From assembly GCA_023213395.1 (NCBI GenBank), contig CM041465.1:27039741-27103740 (forward strand): DNA of 64,000 nucleotides. Reading direction: 5' to 3'. The notes beneath the pieces are model-generated. The model was given only the letters and a program-made list of their open reading frames with translations. It was not told where the DNA came from and did not search any database. The position numbers and the translations under genes are program-made. The stretch is from Cycas panzhihuaensis (taxonomy: Eukaryota > Plantae > Cycadophyta). Numbering within the stretch: position 1 is the first letter of the stretch; every line of letters starts with the position of its first letter. This document shows, piece by piece, positions 13,343-25,597 of the stretch.

Positions 13343-13657
13343 GCAGTAGAACCTTGTCACTTTGAAACTTAGATGATGGTGACTACTGCCAATATAAATA
13401 TAGTGAGTGTACACAACTAGTAAGAATAAAATATGTACAGGTCCAAGGGATAATGAGTGTCATGACAGATACGCAGATAGGAAGCACAAGCTAAGGAGGG
13501 ATCTTAGAGTATGATTAGATCTATCTCGAGGCACAAGGCTATAAAATCCTAAGCATGTAGGTGATATAATAAGAAAGATAGTAGTGAAGGTGGGTGCCCC
13601 CTTAGTGGCTCACCAAATAGGTGGTGTGACCTAGAAAGGGTTTGGAAACCTAAAGAA

Positions 13658-13709
13658 TATTAGATAATGTGACAATAATGTTCTTAAGGAAAAAATTTTG
13701 ATAGGTTGG
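13658..13709 (+). repeat. First 52 bp of the Copia D 5' LTR
   Basis: tattagataat...aaattttgataggttgg matches the start of LTR 38376. Confidence 0.85.
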
Positions 13710-16700
13710 TGGAATCGCATCTTTGGGGGGGGGTCGCTAGACTTGGATGAGATTAAGCCAAATGACCAATGGTTTCGGTGGCTATGGACCTACAATGGAA
13801 AGTAAAATAAATCACGCACAAGGGGTGTCCATGTGTCGGAACACAAGTTTAGGACCTACAAATGGAACACAAACTCCTTTGAGGTAACTCTTCCTTGATA
13901 CAGAGTAGTGGATGGATGAGGGATCTCCTGAGTTTCTCAAGTAACCTCAAAAGGTGCCCTCCCATCCTTAGATGGTCGAAGGAGGAAGGAAAGAGATGAG
14001 GGAATGGCTCCTTGCATGAAGGGGTTATGAAAGGGATGATCCTTAATAAGAAAAGAGGAGAAACACGTACATAAACCTAAGGTAGCTTGCTATGTGAGTG
14101 GTGGAGATTGTGGCTGGTTTCGAAATCTAGGCATTGACCTAAAGACTAAACTAGGATGGTCTAGCCTAGAGAAACAAGAAAAATAAAGCGAACAACCTTG
14201 AGAGGAGGTGCTCTCAAGGGGCCAAACCTAAAGAGGATTCTAGGAGTGGCGAGTAAACAAAAAGGGTTATCTTTGTGTTTGTCTTTATTTCATATACAAT
14301 AAAGAACTACAAAGTGAGAGTGTGGTATTTATGGTAATGTTGTGTATTTATGTTTAAAAGAAATTACTTTTTTAAAGTCAAGAAAGTAATACAAATCTCT
14401 CGCTCTCATTTACTTATGCATGCAACCTCACTCTCCTTTTTTTTAAATGCAAGAAGTGGGAGTCAAAGAGATTGCCATATGACATGAAGCTCATGCAAAG
14501 AGTGCAAAGTTACTTAGTGACATATAACAAAATGGAAGGGGCGAATGCATGCAAGTACCTAGACCTCCACTATATGAGCTTATAAAAATAAACAAGCAAA
14601 GTGCAAGAAACCCTACTGATCCTTTCCTTTTCTTTTACTTAAGGGATACTCAAAAGAGGGGGAAAAAAGTAAAGAAAAGAAGGCCAGGAAAAGGAAGATG
14701 TACTTGGGATATGATGACTGAAGTAGTGCTTCCCTCACCATGCTTGTAATCCTTGCCCTTCTCCTAACCATGGATGGTGAGATGGAAGGAGTGCCGACAA
14801 AGAAAGGGGGCTTCCTTACCTTCCCTGAAATAAAAAAGGAAAATAGAAATATAACGAAAGGAAACGTAAAGACTATTATAACTCCACTTTATAATTCCAA
14901 GAGCAAAAGAAAAGTAACTATTGAAAGAAGGGGAATGTACCTAGGATAAAGTCCCTTTTTCCTCCAAGTGTAAAAGAAAACCTACAACCAACGAGGTTTG
15001 CCCTCTCCCAAAAGGTACCAAACATACATGGGACAAATATACAAAATAAAAAGTGACAAGATACGACTATCTTAATTAAAAGAAATATATTAAATATCAA
15101 TATCACTCCTTTTACTTCATATGTTATTTAGTATGCAATATGGGAAAGGAGGGAAAGAGAACAAGGAAGGGTGGTTAGCCTTAGAATGGATAACCCTCCA
15201 AATCAAAGGTCCTTAATGCTACCCCCAAATATCAGGATAAAGGGGTAAACAAATACAAGCAAGCTTTTAAAAATATAAGCAAAATTGGTAAGAAATATTA
15301 GAAACATTGCAAATATTGTAACATGCAACTTTTGTAAGTTCTGCAAGGTTCAAATCAAGGGACAAAAGGAATATGGAGTGGGGGCTAAGACCCCACCTAT
15401 GTAGGATCTACTATGTTGGTTGCAAGTGCAGCAATGGGTTACCTATGCTGATGCTAGTAATGATCTACTCTCTAATGGTCCTTTGGGATCTCCAGGGAGG
15501 TATGGAGAAGGAGAGGTGAGGAGAGAAGGGTGTTGCCTTTGAGGAAAAGGCACGTTGGCTGCAGAACCCAAACTATAGATCCTTTCACTCTCTACAGATA
15601 CCTTTTCTTTGTTACCTCCTTGAAGAAACTAGGAAGGAACCAAAATAAGGAGAAGACAGGCTGGGAAAAAGGAGGGTTTACCTCTCATTACAATGGAAAG
15701 GAAAGAAGAAAGTTGCTATAAAAAGGTACTGGAAAAAATATCTATATTACTCAAGGTAAAAGAAACAAAAAATGTACTTGTTATAGGCCGATCTGATGTA
15801 GATCTACCTCTGAAATTAGGTGAGGAAGTAGGCCCTATGGGATTTGTAGGAGAGGACCCCAATGGTGCAACAAATAGAGGTAAAACTGGAGCAAGAAAGA
15901 TGGCTAGAGCTTGCTAGAGCATTTGGAGCACAATCTTCCCTTGGTTGGCCACATTGTAGACCTGCAACCCGCATGTCTTAAGCTATAGGAGCCTAGCATC
16001 TGGTTGAGAATTAGGTGTAGCAAAACTTGATCCTATTTGTAGGGTGTTTTTGGAGGAGATTGTGGTAAAAATAAATGAGAGAGACAAAAAATGAGGGTGT
16101 TTTTGTGTTTTTAAATCCAACCCTAGCTCAATCGAATGATTAGGGTTTAATTTGGGTAAGAAACAAGTCACTACCACATGATAATTTCATAATAAATGCG
16201 AAATTAGCTGTGGAAAATCTAAAAAATGACTGTGGATAGTCACCCCATGCTAAACTTAGTGGTACCGCGAGGTTTGTAATGGTACCAAGAAGTTTAATAT
16301 GGTATGGTAGAAACAAAGCAAAAAGAGAGAGAGGAGAGCCCATAAGCTCCAAAAGAGGGGGAAACTAAGGCCCAAGGAGGTATGGTACTATATCCAAGTG
16401 GCCAAAAGAGGGTTGCGGGACTCAGAGAGGCCATAACGAGAAAGCAATAAAGGTAAAAGTTTCCTTAAAAGGACAATGAGTGGACGTAGTATGACGACCA
16501 GGCCTAGGTAGGGTGCTAAGGGTCATGATGCACTAACAAGTGATGTGGTGTAGGCTATGGAAGCCAAACAATACTTGGGGATATTGTAGAGACATGGAGG
16601 AGGGTTATGGAGCACTGCAGGATATGTATCCCTAAATTGTCATAAGTTGAAGAGGTACAAAGATGCAATGTGGTCAAGTAATGGATGCATAGTGGTCATG

Positions 16701-16837
16701 TAGTAAATTAATCATCATGCAATGTAGGTGAAGTACCTCAATTTACCTTTTCTAAAACTGACAAGGGTAGGGATAGAAGCATGCCTATACTTACTTGAGT
16801 CGACTCACCCATGTCCATTCTTAGTAACTGAGAAACA
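13710..16837 (-). repeat. 3' LTR of element B
   Basis: Colinear with 25599-26592 + 31576-33732. Confidence 0.92.
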
Positions 16838-17283
16838 CTACCTCCTTGGCAGCAGAGCCTCGCTACTCGAAAGCATAACACGACATCGAATGCTAGCAAG
16901 AAAAGGTTAGAAAAATACTGGATGCGTGGGTAGGGAGATGAGAGAGTGGCAGTATAGGGGTTGCCTATGCATTGCCCTAGAGTCGACTGGTAGTGATAAT
17001 GGATGAGGAGGATGCCCCCATCGCATGAGTGTAAGATAAATAGTGGTGATAACCATGAACATGATCAAACAAACGCTATGAATGGGATGCTATATACATA
17101 GGAGAGTCAAAACAATGGGGACTATATACTGAGGGTGGTACGAAGGGTAGAGTGAAGAAAACAAACTTGATGGTCACTATAGTTTAACATTATTAGTGGC
17201 AAACTTTTAAAGGTATGAGCGGATCACCATCTGGAAGATGGAATGACCCAGAACCTGGGCGCTTGGGTGATCGAATAGGTCCC

Positions 17284-17705
17284 TCAAGGGGGATCATCAA
17301 GGAGAGGGAAGTGATACTTGAGGATGAGACAGATGAGGCCATCCACCTCAATGTTGTAGTCCTGGGAAATATGTCAGATATCTATGGAAGAGAAATGGGA
17401 TAGAGGGACCTAACGGTTGAGGTGAGGGTCCTCATGCATGGGTAACGCACCTTGTAAACCTAGGTGAGATGTGACATAATAACCTGAGAGTTACAAATAA
17501 GGATGATAGGTCCATAGTGGAAGCAGAGTGTATTAGTAAGAGCTTTAATAACAACTGTGTACTAAGCTTCATTATTAGTAGCTTCGGGAAGGAAGACCCT
17601 AGAATGCATGTAGTCATATCCAGAGGGGTCATGGAGGATCCATATGGTAGCAAAAGGGCCTGGGTTACCATGATTTCCTCCATCACTAAAGATAAGTAAT
17701 GCCAT
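17284..17705 (-). pseudogene. Stand-alone aRH ORF of element B
   Basis: MALLIFSDGGNHGNPGP...ATNNEA*YTVVIKAL...LICNSQVIMSHL...HISQDYNIEVDGL, with stops and one frameshift near 17400. Same start as in A. Confidence 0.82.
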
Positions 17706-18443
17706 GGTAAGGAGATGAGGGTCTCGGTTAGATGGTAGAAGAAGAAAAGTGACAACAGGGTCGACAAGTAAAGAAAGGTGTGATAAGTAGTGATAGGGCT
17801 ATGAAGTACTCAGAAGGCTGTGAATAGGGATTATGGAGGATAAGAGAGCCCTAAAAGGAGGCTACTTGGGGATGAGGAGACTGACCCAATGGAAGGGAAG
17901 GAAATTATAGCGTAAAGGGCCCCTTTGGGGTCCCAAAGGTTGTTCGAAGGGCCTTGGTGAGGTCTAGGATGAGGGAGGCACTTCTTTTAGGAGCCCTAAA
18001 GGCTCAGGTGGACATAAAAAATGGACTCAGGGTGGTGAAAGGATCCAAAGGAGTATAAAGATGGGTATGGTTTGGAGTAGTATGAAAATCAAAATAAAAG
18101 GGATCTGTGAGAGATTGAAAGGGTCATCATAATGACACTAAAGAAGCTTAAAAGGGAGGCCATAGAGGTGAAACGAGGGATGGACCTAGAAGGTAAAAAT
18201 AATATAGGAAAAGAGGTGGTCGTAAGGGCTATCATAGTGGGAGGAAAGGAGGAAGTGCTCATTGGGGCCCCTGCCTATATAAAGGAAACTTGATGAAAAT
18301 GAAGTTCATTTTCACGAGCTCACGATTGATCTGGAGCCCTTTCCTTTATGTAGTGGAGTGCGACCCAACTTTAGAGGTATGCATTGGGAGATCTGACCAT
18401 CGAATCGAGGTGTAGAGATAGCTGATAAGACTGAGACAATGAG

Positions 18444-20875
18444 ATGGCAGTAGTAAGGCTAGGCCCAGTGAGTGGATCACCCCCTACCCATTCCATTTTG
18501 TCCATTACATTTAATGTATTTTCTATGCTTTTTTAGGTGATTTTTGGCCCCTTAAGGGTGATTTGAGACCCTTTGAAGCCTAATTTGGACCTAGAGAGGG
18601 GGAGGACTAGGGCATTAGATAGCCTTAGTCCTAGTGGGCTTGGTTGTGGTCCGCTTAGATGAAAACTTTTGGGTTTCTTGAGCAATCCACCCTCCCCCCT
18701 TTTGAGGGGGGTGTAAAGGGCCCTATAATAAAGATCGCAGTGCTACGAAGTTTACTGCGGGGCCATTGTACCATGGAGTTTGATACGGGGTAGAGGGGAA
18801 CAACCAAAAAAAGGAAGAGAAATGGCCTAGGAAGGTACCAAACTCAGCCCCAAGAGGGCAAGAGGCAAAATGAGGGTAGGTGGGCATAGTGTGGAGTGTT
18901 ATGACTGACTCTTAGGTTCTTTTTGTAGGTGGTTATTGTGGTAGATAACCATGAGAACATAGGGATTGCTATAATGAGTTTTATAGAGATGATGATATAG
19001 GGGGGATAGATGGACATTGGGACGATGTGGGTTGCTGAAGATTATTAGGACCCCCCAATATATATTGGATCAGTGCCTCTTGGTAGATATAGTCTTCCAT
19101 CGGAATCGTAGGTAACAAGTCTTCCACCTTCCCTAAGTGGGGGATATTACTATCACGCCATGAGACATCAAGGGGATCCTGGGTGTACAAGTAGGAGGAG
19201 CACCAACATCATTAGGCATGTTGCCCAACATGGATACCACACACAAAAAAGTGGCCATATTTTTCACTATCTAAGATAAGTGGGATAGATGCAGGATATC
19301 AGTCCAGACAATGGTTATGTCGTGAATTTCTTAGTTGAGGAAGTTGATTACACTGGGCATTCTATTCTGGATCTCATAGAAATAGAGCTATAGAGACATT
19401 CCAGGTAGTTGGATGGACACAATCAAGAGATGTGAGGCTAAGGAGAGACTAGATTAGGCCGCCTTGATAGTGATGAACATGGTTGCCTAATTAGATGCTA
19501 TTAGGGTGGTAGGGAGAGGAGGATTCTCCTATTTCACACTGCTATAGTGTTATTTTTTTGACCATTTTAGGGAATTGGTGCCACTAGGAGGACCTCACTC
19601 TATTTTGGCGAGAGCGCCGATGGTGCACATATGGCAGACTCAGTTCAAGGGGACTGAGGATCAAGCACATGTCAGGTAGTCAGTGGAGGTGACATCGCTA
19701 GACCTCCTCACTTTGGCAGACTACATAGTGGACCCATATAGAGGAGTGAGGTGGGATAGTGATGATGAGGTAGGAGATGGTCTTAGAGATGGTGGCGATG
19801 ATGGAGGTGATGGGGTAGGCCCATCAAGAGTGGCAAGAGAAGAGGCAGGTCCATCAGAGGTTATAGGAGGAGAGGCAGGGCCTTCATGAGATGTAGGAAG
19901 GGGTGTAGGTCCTTCACGAGCTACAGGAGGAGAGGTAGGTCCTTTAGGAGCTACAAGAGGAGGTAGGCCACCCCGCACACTAGCGCAGAGATTAAGGGTA
20001 GTTAGTAGGGCTCTAGTGGCAGCAGTGGCAAAGGGGGGAGAAGACACCTCGATAAGCTAGAAGGTAGGCAAGGTGGTACCCAAGGCTAAGGAGGAGGTAT
20101 TAGTATTCGAGAGAGGTCCCCAAGAGGAGGTGATTATCTGAGTCGAGGAGCTATCCATCCCAGGAGGTGAGATACTACTTTTTCCTATCATCTTTTGACC
20201 ACTAGGCGATTAGATAGTTTGCTTTAATTTGGATTTGAGGATTTGATATATGGATGTATGGACTAACACGTGACGTGTTTGACTTAGCAGGGGCAGCAAA
20301 GATGGGGAGGTTGATAGAGGTGGTAGTTTGGGAGGTATTCCCCCAGGTCTACATGGAGGGACAACCTCCCATCTAGGCTACAGAGGAGCCTCGATCAGTA
20401 GGGGCATACATAACGTCATTCACCCCACTGATTAGAGCCAAGGATATATGCGTAGTGGAGTCCTAAGAGCACCAAGCGAGGGTGGAACAACTACAGGGAG
20501 AGCTGGACAGGACCCACATGGAGAGAGATACCTTATGAGGTTGAGTTCAGGCATTGGAGGCTTAAGGTAGAAGAGCAGGTGGTGATATGGAGAGCTGCAT
20601 TAGGATAGCTGTGCTAGAGGAGAGGCTCAGAGGAGTAAAGGGAGAGAGGGATCGTATCCAAGCGTAATACAATCAACTGGTAGATCAGATGGTTATGAGG
20701 TCATCACAGAGAAGGACTCAGACATACATGATGATGACGACCTTGAGATAAGGGGATCAAGGCTGGGAGCTCATAGTGGTGTAGGAGGAGCCTAGGAGGC
20801 ATGTGGTCTCCTCGGGAGGGATCACACCAGCCAGGAGATGATACCCCTTAAGCAAAGGAGCACCAACGAGTAGGG
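18444..20875 (+). pseudogene. Antisense PMD gene of element B, intron-containing, with EAGPS repeats and a coiled-coil-like tail
   Basis: One frame reads LDQCLLVDIVFHRNRR*QVFHLP*VGDITITP*DIKGILGVQVGG...LL*CYFFDHF...LDLLTLADYIVDPY. Intron 20167-20290 restores the frame. Ends are approximate. Confidence 0.8.
20167..20290 (+). other. Predicted spliceosomal intron (phase 1) in the PMD gene of B
   Basis: GAG|GTGAGA donor, T-rich body, branch-like GACTAAC and TTAGCAG acceptor. Splicing joins the frames, and the same CCAGGAG|GT donor occurs in A. Confidence 0.7.
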
Positions 20876-21399
20876 TATGATGGGTTTTGATTGGGAAAGC
20901 ACTAGACCTCTAGGGAGTCACCATATGTTACCACATGATTGTAATCCTCCCTACAAGGATTCCAGCTTCCCTAGGATGATGTACTATATTATTTTATATG
21001 ATATGATTCTTTATGTATATAGACAGGGGCCTATTGGCATCCTATTTAATCAATGATGATGGTGTTATGATGGTGTATGATGTTGTATTTATGGTTTATT
21101 TATTTATATCTTTATGTGTATGTGGACACGGGTGCACAAGTGCATGAGAGACTGTAGATCATGACAATTTTGGTTGGTTGTTATGTGACTTTTGTTATTA
21201 GATTACTTGGGTGATGCCTATACTTCCTTTCATGCAGGGCCATACTCATAGGGGGCATACATGACCACCATGAGCATAGGTGATAGGTATGTGTGAGGCT
21301 AGGAGATGGAGAGCCATGCATGTCCATTGACAGAACATAGCATATATACAAAGGAAGTGCTAACGAAGAAAGAGTATAGGTACTCGAGCATGCAGTCCT

Positions 21400-24300
21400 A
21401 GTTGGAGTGCATTTCCAAGCTTAGGAGCGATGGAAACCAACACATCCAATAAGGAGAAAAGGTTTTCCTCAGGAGGGAAACATAAGATGCCATAGGAGAA
21501 AATGTAGAGATAGAAAAGCCACCCTAAACCATCATTCCACCTATGGTTAGGAGGAATGAAGATACGCTTAGAGTGGTAGTTTGGGCTCATTTTAGAGCAA
21601 AAAGAGAGGAGTGATATGGCGAGCTTACACAGGGATAGGGACATGCCACACATAGAATGAAGATGGATGACGAAGGGTAGGCCCTATATAGCTAGGCCTA
21701 TAAGTAAAATGGTTTTGGTTAGAACCAGATGAGTGCGATGGACCTAATACGTGATGGATCACGCGGTAAGGTTATATCTGAGTAAGACTGGTTCTAGTCC
21801 TGGGTGAGGACCTAGAGCGTGAAGAAGAGATACCTTTACGAGGGGTTCATCGACACTGACACCTATGTGAAGTTGCTCAGGGAGGGTGAGGAAATGGAAA
21901 AAGTGGCTAGTTTAGAACCAACAGCTCAGGAGCTAATGTAGAATAAAGAGAAGAGGGAATATCTAATCATGGTATCTCTCTAGGTGTACGTGAAACCAGG
22001 GTGACACGTTAAGGAGGGGGCTCATGGCCCTCACTATCTAACTTAGAATCATCCATGATGGCTAGGTAACCATAATTACCGATGTTAATAAGGGAAAACC
22101 TGACTAAGTTTGGCTCATGATAAGGCATAGGTTCTATTTGATAAAGACCAGTCTATTGAAAAAGGGGCCCCATAGAAGGGATAACCTCCTTAGGATCATT
22201 ATCTTCATCATCAAAGATAGCCTAATAGGTTGGATGAGAAGTGTGAGATGGTAGAGGCTCATGGGTGACAACTTTAACTCATCCTTCATGGACAAACTTA
22301 AGTTGCTCCCAATGCGAGGAGTAAGTTGCTCCCATTTGGTCAAGCCATGGTTGGCCCAACAGGAGGTTTTACTCCACATCGATATCGAGTACAACAACAT
22401 CTATAGAAATGATCTTTCCTCTTAAGGTGAGCAAAAGGGAGACTGTCCCTAAGGGGGACTTCTCGATCCCATCATACCCTTGGCATTTCCAAGGGATGAA
22501 CTCAAGTGCTACTATGCCTAGCTCCTTAAGCATACACATAGGCATAGCATTAACCAAGGAGCCATTATCTATGATGGTCCTCTTTATGATAAAATCAGGA
22601 GTGTCAACAAAAATGACAAATGGGTAATACAAAAGCTTCTCCTGTTTATTGCGATATGGTAGATCTCAGGGATCAAATAAGATGATATGTGGTCCATAGG
22701 AGGCGATGCCTATAGCATGGATGGAAGCATCTTGTTGGTCAAGAGCTTCAAGAAGAAGAGTGCATTGCTTAAGACAACTTCTCAAGACATCCATCATAGA
22801 CATCCCTATGACCACGGTGTGAAGCTTATCAACGATGGAGAAGGGCTTTCCCTTCGTGGTAGGTTGGGAAAGCACCCTTTAGAAATCATAATGACTAGGG
22901 CATACAATAATGGTCTTGGGAAGCATGGGGATTTTTGGAGGAGGGACTTCTAGAGGAGGATCAAGGTAAATAGTGGAAGAAGAGGCACCAGTTGCCACTT
23001 TAGCTGCTTGGGACTGAGTTAAGGCATATAACACTATAGTCTTAAGCATTTTAATGACTCTCTTTCCCTTGTTTTGGGATCGAGAAGGGGAAGGAGTTCA
23101 GTGGTTGGGAGAACTAGAAGAAGAGGAAGAGTTCCTTACACCCTTCCCTTTAGCTTATGAAGGGCGAGGGTTTGGGGACCTTCCTCTATTTTAGTTACCC
23201 TTTTTATGGGTGTTGCGATCACATTCCCCATGTTTGAGGAAAGGATCCTTGTGGATGGGTTGGTCTAGGTTAGGCCTAAACACCCATTTGGGGGAAGAGT
23301 CATGTTGTAGGGCAGCTCTAGGGTGTTGGGCCCTACATTGTGAATCTTTGTGGAAGTATTCCCTATGGACGAAACACCACTTCTTCTCTAAGGAGGAATC
23401 TGGCTTTCTCGTTTGAGAAGACTAGGTATTACCACCCTTGGGGGGAGCGGATTAAGAAGCTTGGTGGACTGATTTGTGCGAAGTGGGTGATGAAAGGGCT
23501 TGGAGTTTAAGCTCCTTCATGGTACATTCGAAAGAACATATAGCAAAAGTTAAGGGATCTAAGTTCTTCTTTGTCGAATGAGATGAAGACATAGGGGGCT
23601 GTTGGACATTTGTATCGCAAGGTGGGGGAGGTGCCTCACACCATTGTGAGGACCTAAGAGGCTTTTTGAGACCCACTTAGATCTCAATTGTCTCGAGAGC
23701 CAAGCACTTGGCTATGGTAGAATCACACATTGTTTCCCCCATGTTGAGGACTTCAACATGGACTTCAGGACAAAGGGCATTAACAAAGAGATCTCGCTTT
23801 AACTCCTTAGGCAAGGTTGTCTTTGTAGAGTGGAGAAGATCATGAAAGCATCTCACAAAGTCATGATTCATCTCATTGTGAACTTGTTTAAGAGACAAGA
23901 GAGCCTTCATTCCACTCTCGAAAGGATGAGCTACGCTAAAATAATTGACGAACTAGTTAACAAGTTGTTAGAATAAGTGGATAAAGTGCACTAGAAGCCG
24001 ATAGAACCATAAAAGGGCATCAACTTGGAGGGAGCATGGAAAGAGTTTCATTAGGATATGGTCATATTCCCAAAAATTGATGCATGCCATAGAAAAACTT
24101 CTAACGTACTCTGTCAAGTCTTGTGAGGAGGTCCCATTGAATTTGGGAGCCTCAGGAGGGTGAGGCAATAAGTTAGTTCTTAGCGCCTCAATGGATAGAG
24201 GTGTTGATCTATAATCCATGAAGGGGTGTTCCCTTGATTGGACCATAGGATCAATGGAAGATGGAAGAAGAGGGAGACAAGGTTGCTTGAATCCTCCTTA

Positions 24301-25445
24301 GGAGACTTGGTTCAAAAGAGGATATTGACTTCCTATCGTTTGGTGGGAAGGAGCTAATCCCGCATTCGAAGGAATTTGCATATGGGCAGATGGGTACAAA
24401 AGACCCATCCCCCCTTATGGGTATGCTCCTTGTTAGAAATGAGCTAGAGAGGTGATGCCTTGGGAGGGGGCTTTCCCTCCTTATAAAGGCACAATATGAG
24501 AAAAAATATAAGAGGATGGAATGGCAGGGTGTGAAACCAGGTTTTGCCTGTATGGGTTGCTTATAGGTGGTGCAACGACATACAAATGCAAAAGATCCAC
24601 TCGATAAACTAGAAGAGGGCTTCCCTTACCATGCCCCCATGATTGAGAAGCATAACTTGGAGGTAAGTAAAGGGAAGGATCCCTAAGTTGAGCTTAGGAA
24701 TGTGTGGGGGTGGGCCCCACACAACTAGAAGTAGGGGCATGCACAAGTCCCCTAGGTCTAACAGGGGGCAGATAGACTATAGTTAGTTGGGATGTAGCTA
24801 TTTGACTGAAGAGAGGTATACTCAACCCAAGTTGGGAAGAGGAAATACCTTGGGTGGTTCTTAAGGAACATGGATCATAGGGAGAGGAAGACAAAGTGAG
24901 GGATGCCCTTATTATAGGTAAAGGAGTTGAACGAGATGGATGAGGTAGAGCAGATGTGGAAGAAGGAAGCACAATGCTTCGTAAGATATTATCCAACCAC
25001 TTAGGATGTGATTAGAGGCTGGCAGCTTGGAAGCACTAGTTAAGGGCTTACACAACATCCATGGGAGGGGTGCCTACCTGATCATAAGAGGTGGAAGGGT
25101 CCTCATATAAGGCAGAGCCCATAGGATGATCCTCATCAGAGTCACCATCAAGGTGATGGAACTCTAAAGGAGATGACATGTCCACTGTATGAGTGGAGAG
25201 GTGATGGAATTATGGGTGTTCTTGGTCACCCGGGTAAAAGATAGGGTTCTCACCCTCTTGGGTGGGCCCTTGGAAGGAAGTGGATGGATCATGAGACTCA
25301 GAGACGTAGGCATGATATGCCCAGTCTGAAGGGAATCCTTCCATGGTCACATTGAAATCTGACGAAGGAAGGGGATGATAAGAGGAGTCTTCCAACAAGG
25401 AAGGAAGGCCTTGTAAGTGATGAGAGAATCATTGCATATAAGTTT
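21400..25445 (-). pseudogene. Element B gag-protease plus conserved C-terminal extension (no RT/INT)
   Basis: ORF pieces 23968-24246 (PPEAPKFNG, MKLFPCSL..ALLWF), 23677-23910, knuckle KKWCFVHREYFHKDSQC (~23340-23385), and protease IIDNGSLVNAMP / LLLGQPWL. Confidence 0.85.
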
Positions 25446-25579
25446 CCCCTAAAGATTGGAAGGAAAAGAGATAATGAGGTGGTAAATGTTAGGGGTTTCC
25501 CAACAGATTGAGGAGACCTACCAGGGAGGAGGTAGCACCAACAGAAAAGGGAGAACGGGTTAATCCCTTACTGGCATAT

Positions 25580-25597
25580 TCCTCAGTATGGTTGCTA
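25580..25597 (-). promoter_or_regulatory. PBS of element B (tRNA-Arg-like)
   Basis: Revcomp TAGCAACCATACTGAGGA, 1 nt from the LTR and homologous to the PBS of A. Confidence 0.7.

Noticed and set aside
13281-13450. U1 snRNA gene
   Set aside because: Only the 11 nt 5' motif matches. No U1 stem-loops or Sm site follow, and the site is part of an LTR.
14549-16910. Short ORFs recurring in B LTR copies (e.g. 14740-14949 vs 31549-31791)
   Set aside because: No recognisable domains, and stops and frames differ between the two LTRs; chance ORFs.
19790-19965. CRISPR-like or satellite array
   Set aside because: Degenerate in-frame coding repeats without unique spacers, in a eukaryotic TE context with no cas genes.
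18444-20875. A cellular MAIN/MAIL1-like PMD gene or host RNase H1 gene
   Set aside because: Both lie between the LTRs of TSD-flanked elements, recur at the same position in two copies, and are full of stops. They are TE cargo, not host loci.
21300-22200. Envelope-like gene in A/B
   Set aside because: No signal peptide or transmembrane pattern that I can support. The extra ORFs are explained as PMD and aRH, and this region remains unassigned.
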